Positions 19,135 through 28,734 of a DNA stretch of 64,000 nucleotides are shown here, piece after piece. The stretch is from IMG/VR virus record IMGVR_UViG_3300042881_004430, positions 1-64,000 of that record. One strand, given 5' to 3'. The stretch is from an uncultured virus (IMG/VR IMGVR_UViG_3300042881_004430) (Duplodnaviria; Heunggongvirae; Uroviricota; Caudoviricetes). The position numbers were made by a program, and so were the translations under genes. Each line of letters begins with the position of its first letter. Positions within the stretch are counted from its first letter, which is position 1. A model generated the notes under the pieces. It worked only from the letters and a program-made list of their open reading frames with translations. It had not been told where the DNA came from and did not search any database.

Positions 19135-20615
19135 AACAAAGTGCCATCATTGGGATTAGCATCATTCAACGAGAATGTTTGACGCTCTCTCTCAATAATA
19201 TCGCCCAAGGAACCTCTCTCTTCTACACTGAAATTGTTGATCTGAAAGTTGATAAAATTCTGAACATATTTTTCATCGCCATGTTCATTCCTTCTCCTAA
19301 GAAGGTCTTGGTGTCCAGCAGCGTCTTTACCTTGGAAACGGCTTTTCAAGGTTATTAGCTTGTGCGTTCCAAAGTCTGGCGTATCGCGCTCTATTTCGTC
19401 AAGAGTTTTTCTTCGGAAAATCGCAACATAGCTGGCGAACCATTGAAGCCGATCAGACAAGGCGATTGCGGAGCTATCATCGGTTACATCTCCAGCATTT
19501 CTATTAAAATTTTCGCCAGATCTATTCATTTGCATTGCAGTGAATAGAGTGGCATTAATTTCTTCTGAAATCTTTTTAAGTTTATCTATCTTTTCGCCAA
19601 TTACTTGATGTTCTGCCCAGTTTTGGCCGACCTTTTCTCCGGTAAGTTTAACGTAGTCATAGCAAATAAGAGCAGGATTTCCTCTTCCAACTTTGCTATA
19701 ATACCATCTACGAATAAAAGAAACAATCTCATCAATACCTTTATTACCAACACAATGATGAGTATAATTATATTTACTAAATTCTTTTAAGAAGCCTCTG
19801 ACTTTAGTTACCATTTCAGGATTCTTGCGCCAGTTTCCTGTGTCAATATACCAGAAAGGAACTCCGGTCTTTGCTGCTGCAATACGAAGCTTGACATCTT
19901 CTGAAAACATTTCAGTATCAAGATAAAGAACGCTAACTTTTTTGTTCTTTAAATAAGCTCCGAGAGACATCTCAACTAAGAAAGAGCTTTTGCCTTGACC
20001 GGGGCGGCTTACGATAGCGTAGACGTTTCCATTTCTTAAACCACCATAGAGTCTTGCAAACTCTGGATAATGTAATTCTATTCCTGCTTCATCTTGAGGA
20101 TTGTTACCTTTTTCTTCTATGAATGCCTCTATGTCCTCAAAGATATTCCTAATCTCTTCAGTAGCATCAAAAGAATTAATCTTTTCGCCATATATTGAAT
20201 CTACTTCAGCTATTAATTGATTAACATTTTTATCAGGATTGGTAGAAACAGTTTCTATGATTCTTTGCGCCATCCCTTTTATATCACGGCGAATAGAAAA
20301 CTGCTTTAACTCTTGAGCGTATTTAAGAGCAGATTCTTTATTTGATACTGGCAAAGAAATACAGTCAATATAATCATATATATCAAGATCTTCTTGAAAT
20401 GAGATTCCAAGATTCTGAATCTTTTGAGCTAATATTACTTTGTCAATTTTCTCTTTGGAATTACAAAGGTGTCGAATTACAGAATAAACTGTTCCATTTA
20501 CATCATTTGTAAAATCAATTTCTGATATAAAATGATCTAAATCGTAGAATGCTTCTGGGTTTTTAATGAGCGCACCAAGCAAGTGCTGCTCTACTTTAAT
20601 AGAGGAAAGCTTCAT
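19131..20615 (-). CDS. dnaB: replicative DNA helicase
   Basis: SRPGQGKS Walker A, DTEM, YDY, AMQMNR, KSRF. Confidence 0.92.
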   Translation of the reverse strand: MKLSSIKVEQHLLGALIKNPEAFYDLDHFISEIDFTNDVNGTVYSVIRHLCNSKEKIDKVILAQKIQNLGISFQEDLDIYDYIDCISLPVSNKESALKYAQELKQFSIRRDIKGMAQRIIETVSTNPDKNVNQLIAEVDSIYGEKINSFDATEEIRNIFEDIEAFIEEKGNNPQDEAGIELHYPEFARLYGGLRNGNVYAIVSRPGQGKSSFLVEMSLGAYLKNKKVSVLYLDTEMFSEDVKLRIAAAKTGVPFWYIDTGNWRKNPEMVTKVRGFLKEFSKYNYTHHCVGNKGIDEIVSFIRRWYYSKVGRGNPALICYDYVKLTGEKVGQNWAEHQVIGEKIDKLKKISEEINATLFTAMQMNRSGENFNRNAGDVTDDSSAIALSDRLQWFASYVAIFRRKTLDEIERDTPDFGTHKLITLKSRFQGKDAAGHQDLLRRRNEHGDEKYVQNFINFQINNFSVEERGSLGDIIERERQTFSLNDANPNDGTLL

Positions 20616-20631
20616 TTAACTAAAAAAAGAG

Positions 20632-20913
20632 TTACTTACTAGCAGGACCGTCTTCATCTTCACCGTCTTCATCTTCTTGATCAGAGGCAATAATGTTGTG
20701 AATAGTGTTCTCTAAATTAATCTGCTCAACAGCACTAAGCCAATTATTAATATAATAATGCATCGCCATTGCGTTTTGTGCATTATCGAATTTAGACCTT
20801 ACTTCAGGCATACCCTTTTTGTCAAAGGTAAACAGCAAGAATCCTCCCTGCGAGCATTCATCTATCTGTGATAGAATGCTATCTGGGAAATGAAATTCTT
20901 TATTTTTTGCCAC
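20632..20913 (-). CDS. hypothetical protein
   Basis: In-operon ORF with acidic tail; GTGTA motif 14 nt upstream. Confidence 0.6.
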   Translation of the reverse strand: MAKNKEFHFPDSILSQIDECSQGGFLLFTFDKKGMPEVRSKFDNAQNAMAMHYYINNWLSAVEQINLENTIHNIIASDQEDEDGEDEDGPASK

Positions 20914-20921
20914 AGATTATA

Positions 20922-21341
20922 TTACACCAACGATATATTAAATGTATGATTTATGTAATCATAGCTTAATTTATTTAAGTCGCTGGTCTCTAATTCTATT
21001 AGTTGAAAGCCATTCTTCTCTAGCCACACAGACTTTTTGTAGTCTCTCTTAATAGAATTAAGGTAATTTAATCTTGAGTTGTTATGAAAGAATTTATTAA
21101 AAGAAGAATGCTGGTCGCCATTTACTTCTATTGCTATTTTGCGAGAGATGTTAATGAAATCAACCTTCATTCTGCTTCCGAAAACCGGAAACTCTTCATA
21201 ACAAACGTGAGTCTTCCAAAATGGTTTCAAGAATTGCTTTACTTGAAATTGAATTTTAGAACGAGACTCTTTTTCCCAATCTATTAAAAATTGAGAAACA
21301 TTTTTGTTAATTATTCTGCCGGTTACAGAATAAAGCTTCAT
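20922..21341 (-). CDS. Vsr/DUF559-like endonuclease
   Basis: EEFP..VDF..IAIEVNGDQH..RDYKK..WL. Confidence 0.75.
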   Translation of the reverse strand: MKLYSVTGRIINKNVSQFLIDWEKESRSKIQFQVKQFLKPFWKTHVCYEEFPVFGSRMKVDFINISRKIAIEVNGDQHSSFNKFFHNNSRLNYLNSIKRDYKKSVWLEKNGFQLIELETSDLNKLSYDYINHTFNISLV

Positions 21342-22489
21342 TTTGATTGAACGGCTTTAAGCTTATTGAACAAATGCTTAGTTGCGTCAGCATTTTCTTC
21401 AAGCCATTTTCTGAAATTCTCTCTTCCTTGATGTTGCTTTGGCATATCAATTCCAACAGTCTTCAATTCTTCAATTAAAGAATCATCAACGGTGATCCAT
21501 GCGCCCTTTGCAACAACAAGATCCCACATCAGTAAGCAATCAAGAATCTCATATTCGACCCAAATACCAGAGGGCTTTTTGCCGAATTTAATTGGATACT
21601 GAATAATGTTCTTGCGAGTAGCTTCGCTGGTAGACTTCTGAATCATTACTTTGGAATATTTTCCAATTGATTTGGTCTTGCCGTCATTCATTTTGCCCGA
21701 TGGATTATCAAGAATATAGTCTCCCATTGCAGTTGGGCTGTACTCTAGGATGAAGTCTGCCCAATGCAAGAGCGCATTTCCGCCGCTAAACATTCCTCCT
21801 CTTGGGGCGTTCTTGGCATAAGGATCGATCTTAATTTCAGAAGTAATCTGACTAATAGCAATCATCAAGTGACCATGCTTGAACATTCCAATACTTAGTG
21901 ACTGCAAAAGCTTTTTGCTGATAACTTGAGTTCCTGCAACTTTGCTTGCGTCTGCTGGGCTGGTGTCCTTGTCCCTCTTCAAGATAAGACCATCCATAGA
22001 ATCAATCACAAAACAATAACGATGATCTTCTGCATTATTAAGGACAAGATCTTTAATAACGTCAATTACTAAATCATAGACATTTGATTCTAGAATGAAG
22101 ACAGAGCCGTCAGTCCATTCAGAAGCGTCGGTAACGAACTTCATCCCGCAACGCTCTCTGTTCTCCTTGGACAAACGTCCTTCTGCCAACACCCAAACTA
22201 CTCTGCTCTTGGGGATTTCTGCAAGGAAATTTCTGCAAATTTCTAGAGCTTGCGGAGTTTTGCCTTCGTTATTTGGTCCGCAAAGACGAATTAGAGAAGG
22301 AGTGATGCCTCCACCAACTGCTGCATCCAAGAGAAGACTGCCAGTCGAGATCTTCCAAGTAACTGCTTCTTCAAAATTAAAATGATCATCTTTATGATCT
22401 TTGTTATTTAAAATCGCTTGGAGTCTGCTTGAAGCTCCAACGGTTGATACTTTTTCTTCAGCTTGCTGCTGTTTCGGAGGTCTTGCCAT
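21338..22489 (-). CDS. recA: RecA/UvsX-like recombinase
   Basis: ISTGSLLLDAAVGGG; GPNNEGKT; VIDS; ISQI; SGGNALLH. Confidence 0.9.
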   Translation of the reverse strand: MARPPKQQQAEEKVSTVGASSRLQAILNNKDHKDDHFNFEEAVTWKISTGSLLLDAAVGGGITPSLIRLCGPNNEGKTPQALEICRNFLAEIPKSRVVWVLAEGRLSKENRERCGMKFVTDASEWTDGSVFILESNVYDLVIDVIKDLVLNNAEDHRYCFVIDSMDGLILKRDKDTSPADASKVAGTQVISKKLLQSLSIGMFKHGHLMIAISQITSEIKIDPYAKNAPRGGMFSGGNALLHWADFILEYSPTAMGDYILDNPSGKMNDGKTKSIGKYSKVMIQKSTSEATRKNIIQYPIKFGKKPSGIWVEYEILDCLLMWDLVVAKGAWITVDDSLIEELKTVGIDMPKQHQGRENFRKWLEENADATKHLFNKLKAVQSK

Positions 22490-22850
22490 AATTCAGGAAT
22501 TCTTTTAAAGTTTTGGGCTTTTTTACAATGGGAATATCTTCGCCCACTTTGCCGCTTAGTTCATTATAGCCTACCGCAAGCTTTGAGTCAAAGCTTTCTT
22601 TGAGCTTTTCTTTAGACTCCTTGAGGTCTTTTTGTTGAAGAAAAAGCTTATATCTATTATTTAGTATTTCTAAACTCTCTTTGGACTGTAAAAAGTGAAG
22701 ATTAGGAACTAAGGGATAAGGCTCGACCCAATCCCAAAAATCCTTATTAGGGAATTTTTTCAAAAGCCTTGAAGCGGCTTTCATATCCCTAGACCAGTCT
22801 ATATGTCCTTCTTTTACAAATTTTACAACAATGTCTTTACAATTTGCCAT
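22458..22850 (-). CDS. hypothetical protein
   Basis: In-operon ORF overlapping the recA start. Confidence 0.55.
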   Translation of the reverse strand: MANCKDIVVKFVKEGHIDWSRDMKAASRLLKKFPNKDFWDWVEPYPLVPNLHFLQSKESLEILNNRYKLFLQQKDLKESKEKLKESFDSKLAVGYNELSGKVGEDIPIVKKPKTLKEFLNYGKTSETAAS

Positions 22851-22851
22851 T

Positions 22852-22893
22852 TTAAGAGTTCAAATCAGAAGCGACCATATCCTTTACTAATTG
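22852..22893 (-). pseudogene. orphan C-terminal remnant of a GDP-mannose dehydratase (QLVKDMVASDLNS*)
   Basis: Translated by hand; resembles the Gmd C-terminal helix (intact gene: NLVERMVNYDI); its stop lies 1 nt before the next ATG. Confidence 0.6.
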
Positions 22894-22915
22894 TCATAAT
22901 AAAGAGTATCATGCG

Positions 22916-23977
22916 CTAAATTTTAAAATTTTCTATGTCGTAATTTACCATGCGCTCTACAAGGTTGTCAAAAGAAATTTTCGGTTTCCAGCCTAGCTCT
23001 TCTCTAGCTGGAGTCGAGTCTCCCAAAAGAATATCGACTTCGGCAGGTCTATAAAATTTAGAATTAATTTTAATTAAAACAGATGATTGAACTTCATTTT
23101 TAATTGCATATTCAGTAGAAACACTCGCTTGCTCTTCTTGTCCAAATCCATGCCACACTGCTTCAATACCGGCATGATGAAAAGACTTGTTTATAAATTC
23201 TTTGATTGTGTGAGCCTCGTTGCTTGAGAGGACGTAATCTTTAGGTTCATTTTGATTCATGATCATCCAAACCCCCTCTACAAAATCTTCAGAGTCAGAC
23301 CAGTCTCTTTTAGCCTCTAAATTTCCAAGTTCAATTGGAGCGAATGGTTGATTGTTTTTAATAGCATGATATATTCTCGCTACTCCTTTAGTGATTTTTC
23401 TAGTTACGAATTCTTCTCCACGTTTAGTGCCTTCATGATTAAAAAGAACGCTATGAACAGCATATAAATTATAAGACTCCCGATAAATTTTTACTAGATG
23501 ACGAGCTGAAGCTTTACTCGCTCCGTATGGGCTTCTCGGTCTTATTGGATGGAGAATGTCTTGTGGGCTATATTGTATATCCCCGAACTCTTCACTAGAC
23601 CCAGCAGAATAAAATCTACACTTTGGTTGAAAACGTCGAATAGCTTCAAGACACCTAGCTACGCCCGTGGCATTAATGTCAAAAGTTTGAAGCGGAATGT
23701 CCCAACTACAGCCTACAAACGATTGGGCTGCAAAATTAATAAAATAATCAGGTTGAATACTTTGTACAAGATTATCTAAACTAATACTATCGGACAAATC
23801 ACCATAAACTAATTGAAATCTTTCGTTGTTAATAAAAGTTTTACAATTAATGAAATTTGTATTCGAACAGCGTCGGACCATTCCAAAAATTTTTACTGTT
23901 GTATTTGCTAATAAATATTCTACAAGATTAGCCCCATCTTGTCCAGTTACGCCCGTTATTAAAACTTTTTTTTCCAT
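22916..23977 (-). CDS. gmd: GDP-mannose 4,6-dehydratase
   Basis: ITGVTGQDG, AAQSFV, SSEEFG, SPYGASK, FNHE..RGEEFVTRKIT, LGNLEAKRDW, RPAEVD. Confidence 0.95.
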   Translation of the reverse strand: MEKKVLITGVTGQDGANLVEYLLANTTVKIFGMVRRCSNTNFINCKTFINNERFQLVYGDLSDSISLDNLVQSIQPDYFINFAAQSFVGCSWDIPLQTFDINATGVARCLEAIRRFQPKCRFYSAGSSEEFGDIQYSPQDILHPIRPRSPYGASKASARHLVKIYRESYNLYAVHSVLFNHEGTKRGEEFVTRKITKGVARIYHAIKNNQPFAPIELGNLEAKRDWSDSEDFVEGVWMIMNQNEPKDYVLSSNEAHTIKEFINKSFHHAGIEAVWHGFGQEEQASVSTEYAIKNEVQSSVLIKINSKFYRPAEVDILLGDSTPAREELGWKPKISFDNLVERMVNYDIENFKI

Positions 23978-23980
23978 ATT

Positions 23981-24532
23981 TTATTTATTTTTTTCTGTTA
24001 CTTTTTTACACATTTTGATAAATTGTTCGTTTGTCATTTCTTGTTTGGCATAATTCACTTCTTTATCAATCCATTGAACATTAGTAATAATATATCCTAA
24101 AGACGAATCGATTCTGTCTAATGATGCGTTACCATCATGAGCTTTTCTATTTGAATTGAATTTAAGATCCACTCCTGATAAAGCGCATTTATAATTTTGT
24201 TTTTGAAATAAATTCCATATTTCGTCGAGCGTTATTTCAAATTGTAAGTTTCTTGATTTAGCTCCTCTCTTCAGAGAATAAAAGTAACTACCGCTTATTT
24301 CACCAATTCCTTTCCATCTTGGATTATTAAATGTTTTTTGAAATTGTTGACACCCACAGCTTTTGTAATTTCCTTTATAGACGTTGTGAAATTTAACTTC
24401 AAATATTTTATTACAATTAGAACATTGGCACTCTACAAATAGTCTTCCTTTTCTTACGTCTAAAGATTTTAATATTTTTACTCCTCCAATCTCTTTCCCA
24501 ATATAAGAATTTATTATGCTTTTTCTTCCCAT
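23981..24532 (-). CDS. putative homing endonuclease (HNH-like/Zn-finger)
   Basis: CQCSNC..KSCGC N-terminus; GAKSRNL..CALSG..SLDRIDSSLGY..NVQW..VN..K; likely start ATG 24532. Confidence 0.8.
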   Translation of the reverse strand: MGRKSIINSYIGKEIGGVKILKSLDVRKGRLFVECQCSNCNKIFEVKFHNVYKGNYKSCGCQQFQKTFNNPRWKGIGEISGSYFYSLKRGAKSRNLQFEITLDEIWNLFQKQNYKCALSGVDLKFNSNRKAHDGNASLDRIDSSLGYIITNVQWIDKEVNYAKQEMTNEQFIKMCKKVTEKNK

Positions 24533-24572
24533 ATAAATAAATACACTTATTATTTGTAGATAGAAACTATTT

Positions 24573-24653
24573 TTAAAAAGTATTCTCAATAAGATAGTCT
24601 ACCATGTAAGAACCATCTTGGCCAGAAATTCCTGTAATTATTACGTTTTTCAT
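24573..24653 (-). pseudogene. orphan N-terminal remnant of gmd (MKNVIITGISGQDGSYMVDYLIENTF*)
   Basis: Translated by hand; Gmd Rossmann motif; ATG overlaps the upstream TGA (ATGA). Confidence 0.88.
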
Positions 24654-24988
24654 GTTTTTTGTTCCGTTAGATTAGTGAGAAAAAATCTTTTTTGTAATGC
24701 TATTTTCGCGTAATGCCGTTCCATGTTTGCGCTATCGACTTCTTTTGCTGAGATATTACCATATCTAGCAAGCTCAACAGCATCAAAAGTTTTCTTATTA
24801 ACTGATAGCAGATTTTCATATTCTTGTGAGTTAATAATTTGGATAAACAAGTCATTTGGCAATTGCGCTTTTAGATAATTATAGCAGTTTTGCCAAGCTT
24901 GTTTAGCTTGTTCTGATCGACCACTTTTTATCTGTAGTATGCTTAAATAATCAAAAGCATAAGCTTCATCTACGCAAAGATTAATCAT
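24650..24988 (-). CDS. small helical protein typical of phage glycosylation clusters (DUF6165-like)
   Basis: AFDYLSILQIK motif. Confidence 0.45.
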   Translation of the reverse strand: MINLCVDEAYAFDYLSILQIKSGRSEQAKQAWQNCYNYLKAQLPNDLFIQIINSQEYENLLSVNKKTFDAVELARYGNISAKEVDSANMERHYAKIALQKRFFLTNLTEQKT

Positions 24989-25750
24989 TTAATCTAAATG
25001 TATTATAGGTTGCGGGATATTGTTTTTTACAAAAAAGTTTCTATCGATTTCTAATTCATTTTTTGCATCATTCCATTTATATGAACAATGCCCAAAGTGC
25101 CTGTTCTGATATTCTACTTTTAGTTTGCCATTAGAATGAAGCCAAGTCATATGGCGAACGTGGGCAAAATGTTTTGGTATTTTTTGATTAACTAAGTACT
25201 TATAGTTTAATTCATCACGACCATTAGAATAAATAAGATCATTATCCCAGTAAAACTTAGCAATCTTTAATCCTCTTGAATTAAAGAAAATTCTTGGTGG
25301 GCAGAAATCATCAACCCATTGCTTTCCGTCTAGGATGTAGTTTTTAAAATTAATTCCGTACCATTGATTGAACTTATCGTTTTTAATATAAGAAATAATC
25401 GACTTAATATCATTCAAAGAATAATACTCATCACTTAGATCTAGCAACCAAACGCAGTCAACATTGTCAGATAATAGAGGAAATAAAGCTAAGTTTCTTG
25501 CATCAGATTCAAGCAGAGCTTCTGAAGAGGTATTGAAATGCTGTATCGTGCCATTGCTTTTTAAATTGTTAAAATACTCAATTGTTTTTGAATTGTCTAT
25601 GTTAACGTTTAAGTCTTTATATTCCTTAAACATACAAGACACAAAAGAAAAGACAATATTAAATTCTTTCGCTGCTTCAAACCAAGGTTTTAGCCTCTGG
25701 TCTAAATCATTAACGCAGTCATATCCACAACCCAGAATTCCTATTTTCAT
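24989..25750 (-). CDS. GT-A (GT2-like) glycosyltransferase
   Basis: ESDARNLAL..VWLLDLSDEYY; PPRIF; HMTW. Confidence 0.65.
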   Translation of the reverse strand: MKIGILGCGYDCVNDLDQRLKPWFEAAKEFNIVFSFVSCMFKEYKDLNVNIDNSKTIEYFNNLKSNGTIQHFNTSSEALLESDARNLALFPLLSDNVDCVWLLDLSDEYYSLNDIKSIISYIKNDKFNQWYGINFKNYILDGKQWVDDFCPPRIFFNSRGLKIAKFYWDNDLIYSNGRDELNYKYLVNQKIPKHFAHVRHMTWLHSNGKLKVEYQNRHFGHCSYKWNDAKNELEIDRNFFVKNNIPQPIIHLD

Positions 25751-26667
25751 ACTAGATTTAATATATTATTAGCAATGGTGACTTTATCAAATTTTTGTTT
25801 ATATACTTCGCTATTCTTTTTAACAAACTCTTTTGCTTTATTGTTCCAAATCGGATCAGCGATACTTTCTGCAATTTTATCTGTATCTACTCCTATTTCT
25901 GACCAGAACTCTTTTGTTACTGGATCGTCATTTGTTACAATTGGAATAGTTTGACATACCACAGCTTCAAGAGCAGGTAAACCGATAGATTTAAAAGCAG
26001 AAGGAAACATTAAATACTCTACGGAGTTATAAAAATAATTAAGGATATCATCCTCAAGCACACCATAGTAATCTCCCCAGCCCGGATTTTCTGAACCTAC
26101 GATTGCTAAAGAGCTTGAATTTCCACCAAGTTTTACAATAGCTTCATAAACAAGTCTGAATCTTTTATTCATGTCACAAGCTCTACCTACATATAGGTAT
26201 TTATAAGGTCTGCCTTCTTTGTTTCTTATTTTTTCTTGATAAGAAATATTTTTATAAGATACGTCCTTGATTGGATTGTGAATAACAATACTATCAAAGC
26301 CGCACCAGTTTTTTATTTGCCATTGAACCTCTGCACAAATGCAGGTGATAATGTCTGCTTTTTTAAGCCAGTTAGTTATTTTTTCTGGATTAAAATCTCT
26401 GTTTGGATTGTGTATATGAGCGTATCTTGAAATGTCATATTTTGATCCATCGATATAATGAGGAGGCAAATCTAATACATTAAATATTAGTTTGGCTTTT
26501 GGATTCTTTTGTTTTAGATTATAAGCTTCTTCGTAAAAACCGGGATCATTGCTAAAAATTACATCAGGAGATTCAAAATTTATCTCATGCCCTAGCTGAT
26601 GAAAGCCATCTTCTATTCTGGATATTTGACCTCCAAAAAATCTTGCTCCAAATGTGGCTATTTTCAT
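25747..26667 (-). CDS. GT-B (GT4-like) glycosyltransferase
   Basis: YLYVGR..NKR; FPSAFKSIGLPALEA. Confidence 0.75.
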   Translation of the reverse strand: MKIATFGARFFGGQISRIEDGFHQLGHEINFESPDVIFSNDPGFYEEAYNLKQKNPKAKLIFNVLDLPPHYIDGSKYDISRYAHIHNPNRDFNPEKITNWLKKADIITCICAEVQWQIKNWCGFDSIVIHNPIKDVSYKNISYQEKIRNKEGRPYKYLYVGRACDMNKRFRLVYEAIVKLGGNSSSLAIVGSENPGWGDYYGVLEDDILNYFYNSVEYLMFPSAFKSIGLPALEAVVCQTIPIVTNDDPVTKEFWSEIGVDTDKIAESIADPIWNNKAKEFVKKNSEVYKQKFDKVTIANNILNLV

Positions 26668-27839
26668 AGTAATGAAATCAACTGGTCGATTTCTGCTTTA
26701 GAAATATCTTTATTTAATCCAACATAGAAACCATTTTTATTTAAAAATGAACTATTGGGGAAAGTATCGTTTCCTGCATATTCTTTATATGCAGGGTTTA
26801 TTGGCAAAAAGCATATAATTGGTCGCGTTTCCCAACCGTTTTTATTTAGATTTCTCTTTAATTCTTTGATGTCTTTGTTTGCATTAATAATTGGCAAGCA
26901 AAAAGGTACGATATTAATATTGGGTTTTATATAATCACATGGAAGACTTGAAACAAAGTATTGCCATGTTTCTTTTCTTTGATTTATGTATTTATAATAT
27001 CTTTCAGTATCCATCAAAGCAAAAAAAGCATTTAAGTCTGTCGTCCTATAATTTGTGCCAACTTTATAAAATAAAAACTCAGGATCAACATCTGGATTAT
27101 TCTTCTCTATGTATTGTCTAACATTGTTTTCCTTTGGAAGAACTCTAGTCAATCCGTGACTTCGAATCATTTGAGCATTGATATAGAATTCACTATTCTT
27201 AATAAAGCTATCTTGCATGAAAAGCATTCCCATTTCAATGCCGCAAATTTGATGCGCCCAAAAGAAAGAAGTCGTTGCCATATCGAAACAACGAAGAATA
27301 TTTTTGTCAAAATATTCTCCCATTGTCGTTTCACAAAGATCGGCAAATAGATAAGCGTTATGTCTTTCTTTTAATTCATTTAGCTTTTTGATATCAGGCA
27401 CAAAGCCAATTAAAGCAGTAGGCCAAATTACTTTTACTTTTTTAGAGTTTTTTGCGCTTTCTAGTTTCTTTTCTAGTTCTTTATAGTCAAAGCTAAAATC
27501 AGTAAGATTAATATCTACAAAAACAATTTTACACCCTCTCATTATCCAAGGGCTTATAGATGATGCCCACGTTGTAGAAGGGACAAAAACAGTTATATCT
27601 TTTGGATTAAGATTAAGGCTCTGAATAAAAGTCTCTACTAAAAGATGATTAGCTGTAGAACCTGAAGAGACAGCTACACATTTAGTATCTGGGCCAGAAA
27701 TCTGTTCCCACTTTCTTTCTAATTCTATGACTTTAGGGCCAGTAGTTAACCTGTTATTTTTATTTAAAACGAAAAATGCAGCCTTGATTCTATCCCATAA
27801 AGTAAAATTATCTGTTTGTAATGGATATCTCATTTTCAT
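26664..27839 (-). CDS. PLP-dependent DegT-family enzyme, ColD-like 3-dehydratase
   Basis: VSSGSTAN, DLCETTMG, SFFWAHQI (His at the usual Lys position), RSHG, GTNYR, ETRPII. Confidence 0.8.
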   Translation of the reverse strand: MKMRYPLQTDNFTLWDRIKAAFFVLNKNNRLTTGPKVIELERKWEQISGPDTKCVAVSSGSTANHLLVETFIQSLNLNPKDITVFVPSTTWASSISPWIMRGCKIVFVDINLTDFSFDYKELEKKLESAKNSKKVKVIWPTALIGFVPDIKKLNELKERHNAYLFADLCETTMGEYFDKNILRCFDMATTSFFWAHQICGIEMGMLFMQDSFIKNSEFYINAQMIRSHGLTRVLPKENNVRQYIEKNNPDVDPEFLFYKVGTNYRTTDLNAFFALMDTERYYKYINQRKETWQYFVSSLPCDYIKPNINIVPFCLPIINANKDIKELKRNLNKNGWETRPIICFLPINPAYKEYAGNDTFPNSSFLNKNGFYVGLNKDISKAEIDQLISLL

Positions 27840-27855
27840 ATTTATGTCATTAATA

Positions 27856-28734
27856 CTAAATTAATTTATCAATAGCATCAAGAATTTCTTCTTGCTTAAT
27901 ATTGTCGCAAGATCCATGAGCTAATAAATTTATGTTATTATTTTTATAGTTGTCAGGAGCGAAAGCAAAAAGATTTTGATTATGATTGGGAGCAGAACAG
28001 CACAGTAGACTAATCATTGGATGTCCATAAGCACCTATAAGCCAGTTAAATCCGCTATCTGTACCTATAACTAAGTCGCAACCAAGACAAACCTTAATCT
28101 GGTCAAACAAAGATAAATGAGTAATTCTTGTTATATTTTCTCCTATATCTTCTTCTTTCTCTACTCCACAATGGTATATTTTATAGCCTTTGTCTTGAAT
28201 CTTCTTTGTTAGATCTTTCCAATAAGCTGTAGAAGGGTTTCTTATTGGGGCATCGTTATAGCCAGCCCTTGCATGGATTGCGATAGACTTGCTTTTCCTT
28301 TCTGAATTAAACCACTGATAAAGCTTTGGCTTCTTTTCTTGCTCCTCTAGAGATTTAAATGCATCCATAGAGATAGATGCCATTCTCATAGTCTCTTCTA
28401 CGCAGGTATAATAATTATACCAAAAATTATCTATACCAACAGTTAAGCCGGGACAAGGAGGGTGTTGTGGAAATGGATGAATAAAATAATCACACTTTTT
28501 TATTATCTCGGCATCTTGATGACCTAAACCTTCGTGCTGCTCGACGATATGAATTTTATCTATCAATGGGTGATTTAAGAAAAATACAGAAGAGTAAGAT
28601 GTCTTTTGTGAAATTGGAAATATTTTATACGAATCAGGAAAATACTTTTCTAGAATAGTTAAGGCAGGGAGAAACATTACTGTATCCCCTATTAAAGAAC
28701 CTCTGCCAGCAAAGATTTTAATTTTTTTATCCAT
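27856..28734 (-). CDS. GT9-like glycosyltransferase
   Basis: SLIGDTVM..NHPLID; IGTDSGFNWLIGAYGHP. Confidence 0.75.
   Translation of the reverse strand: MDKKIKIFAGRGSLIGDTVMFLPALTILEKYFPDSYKIFPISQKTSYSSVFFLNHPLIDKIHIVEQHEGLGHQDAEIIKKCDYFIHPFPQHPPCPGLTVGIDNFWYNYYTCVEETMRMASISMDAFKSLEEQEKKPKLYQWFNSERKSKSIAIHARAGYNDAPIRNPSTAYWKDLTKKIQDKGYKIYHCGVEKEEDIGENITRITHLSLFDQIKVCLGCDLVIGTDSGFNWLIGAYGHPMISLLCCSAPNHNQNLFAFAPDNYKNNNINLLAHGSCDNIKQEEILDAIDKLI

Noticed and set aside
23978..24572. Self-splicing intron in gmd
   Set aside because: The downstream gmd has its own complete N-terminus, and there is no room for a ribozyme core around the endonuclease ORF
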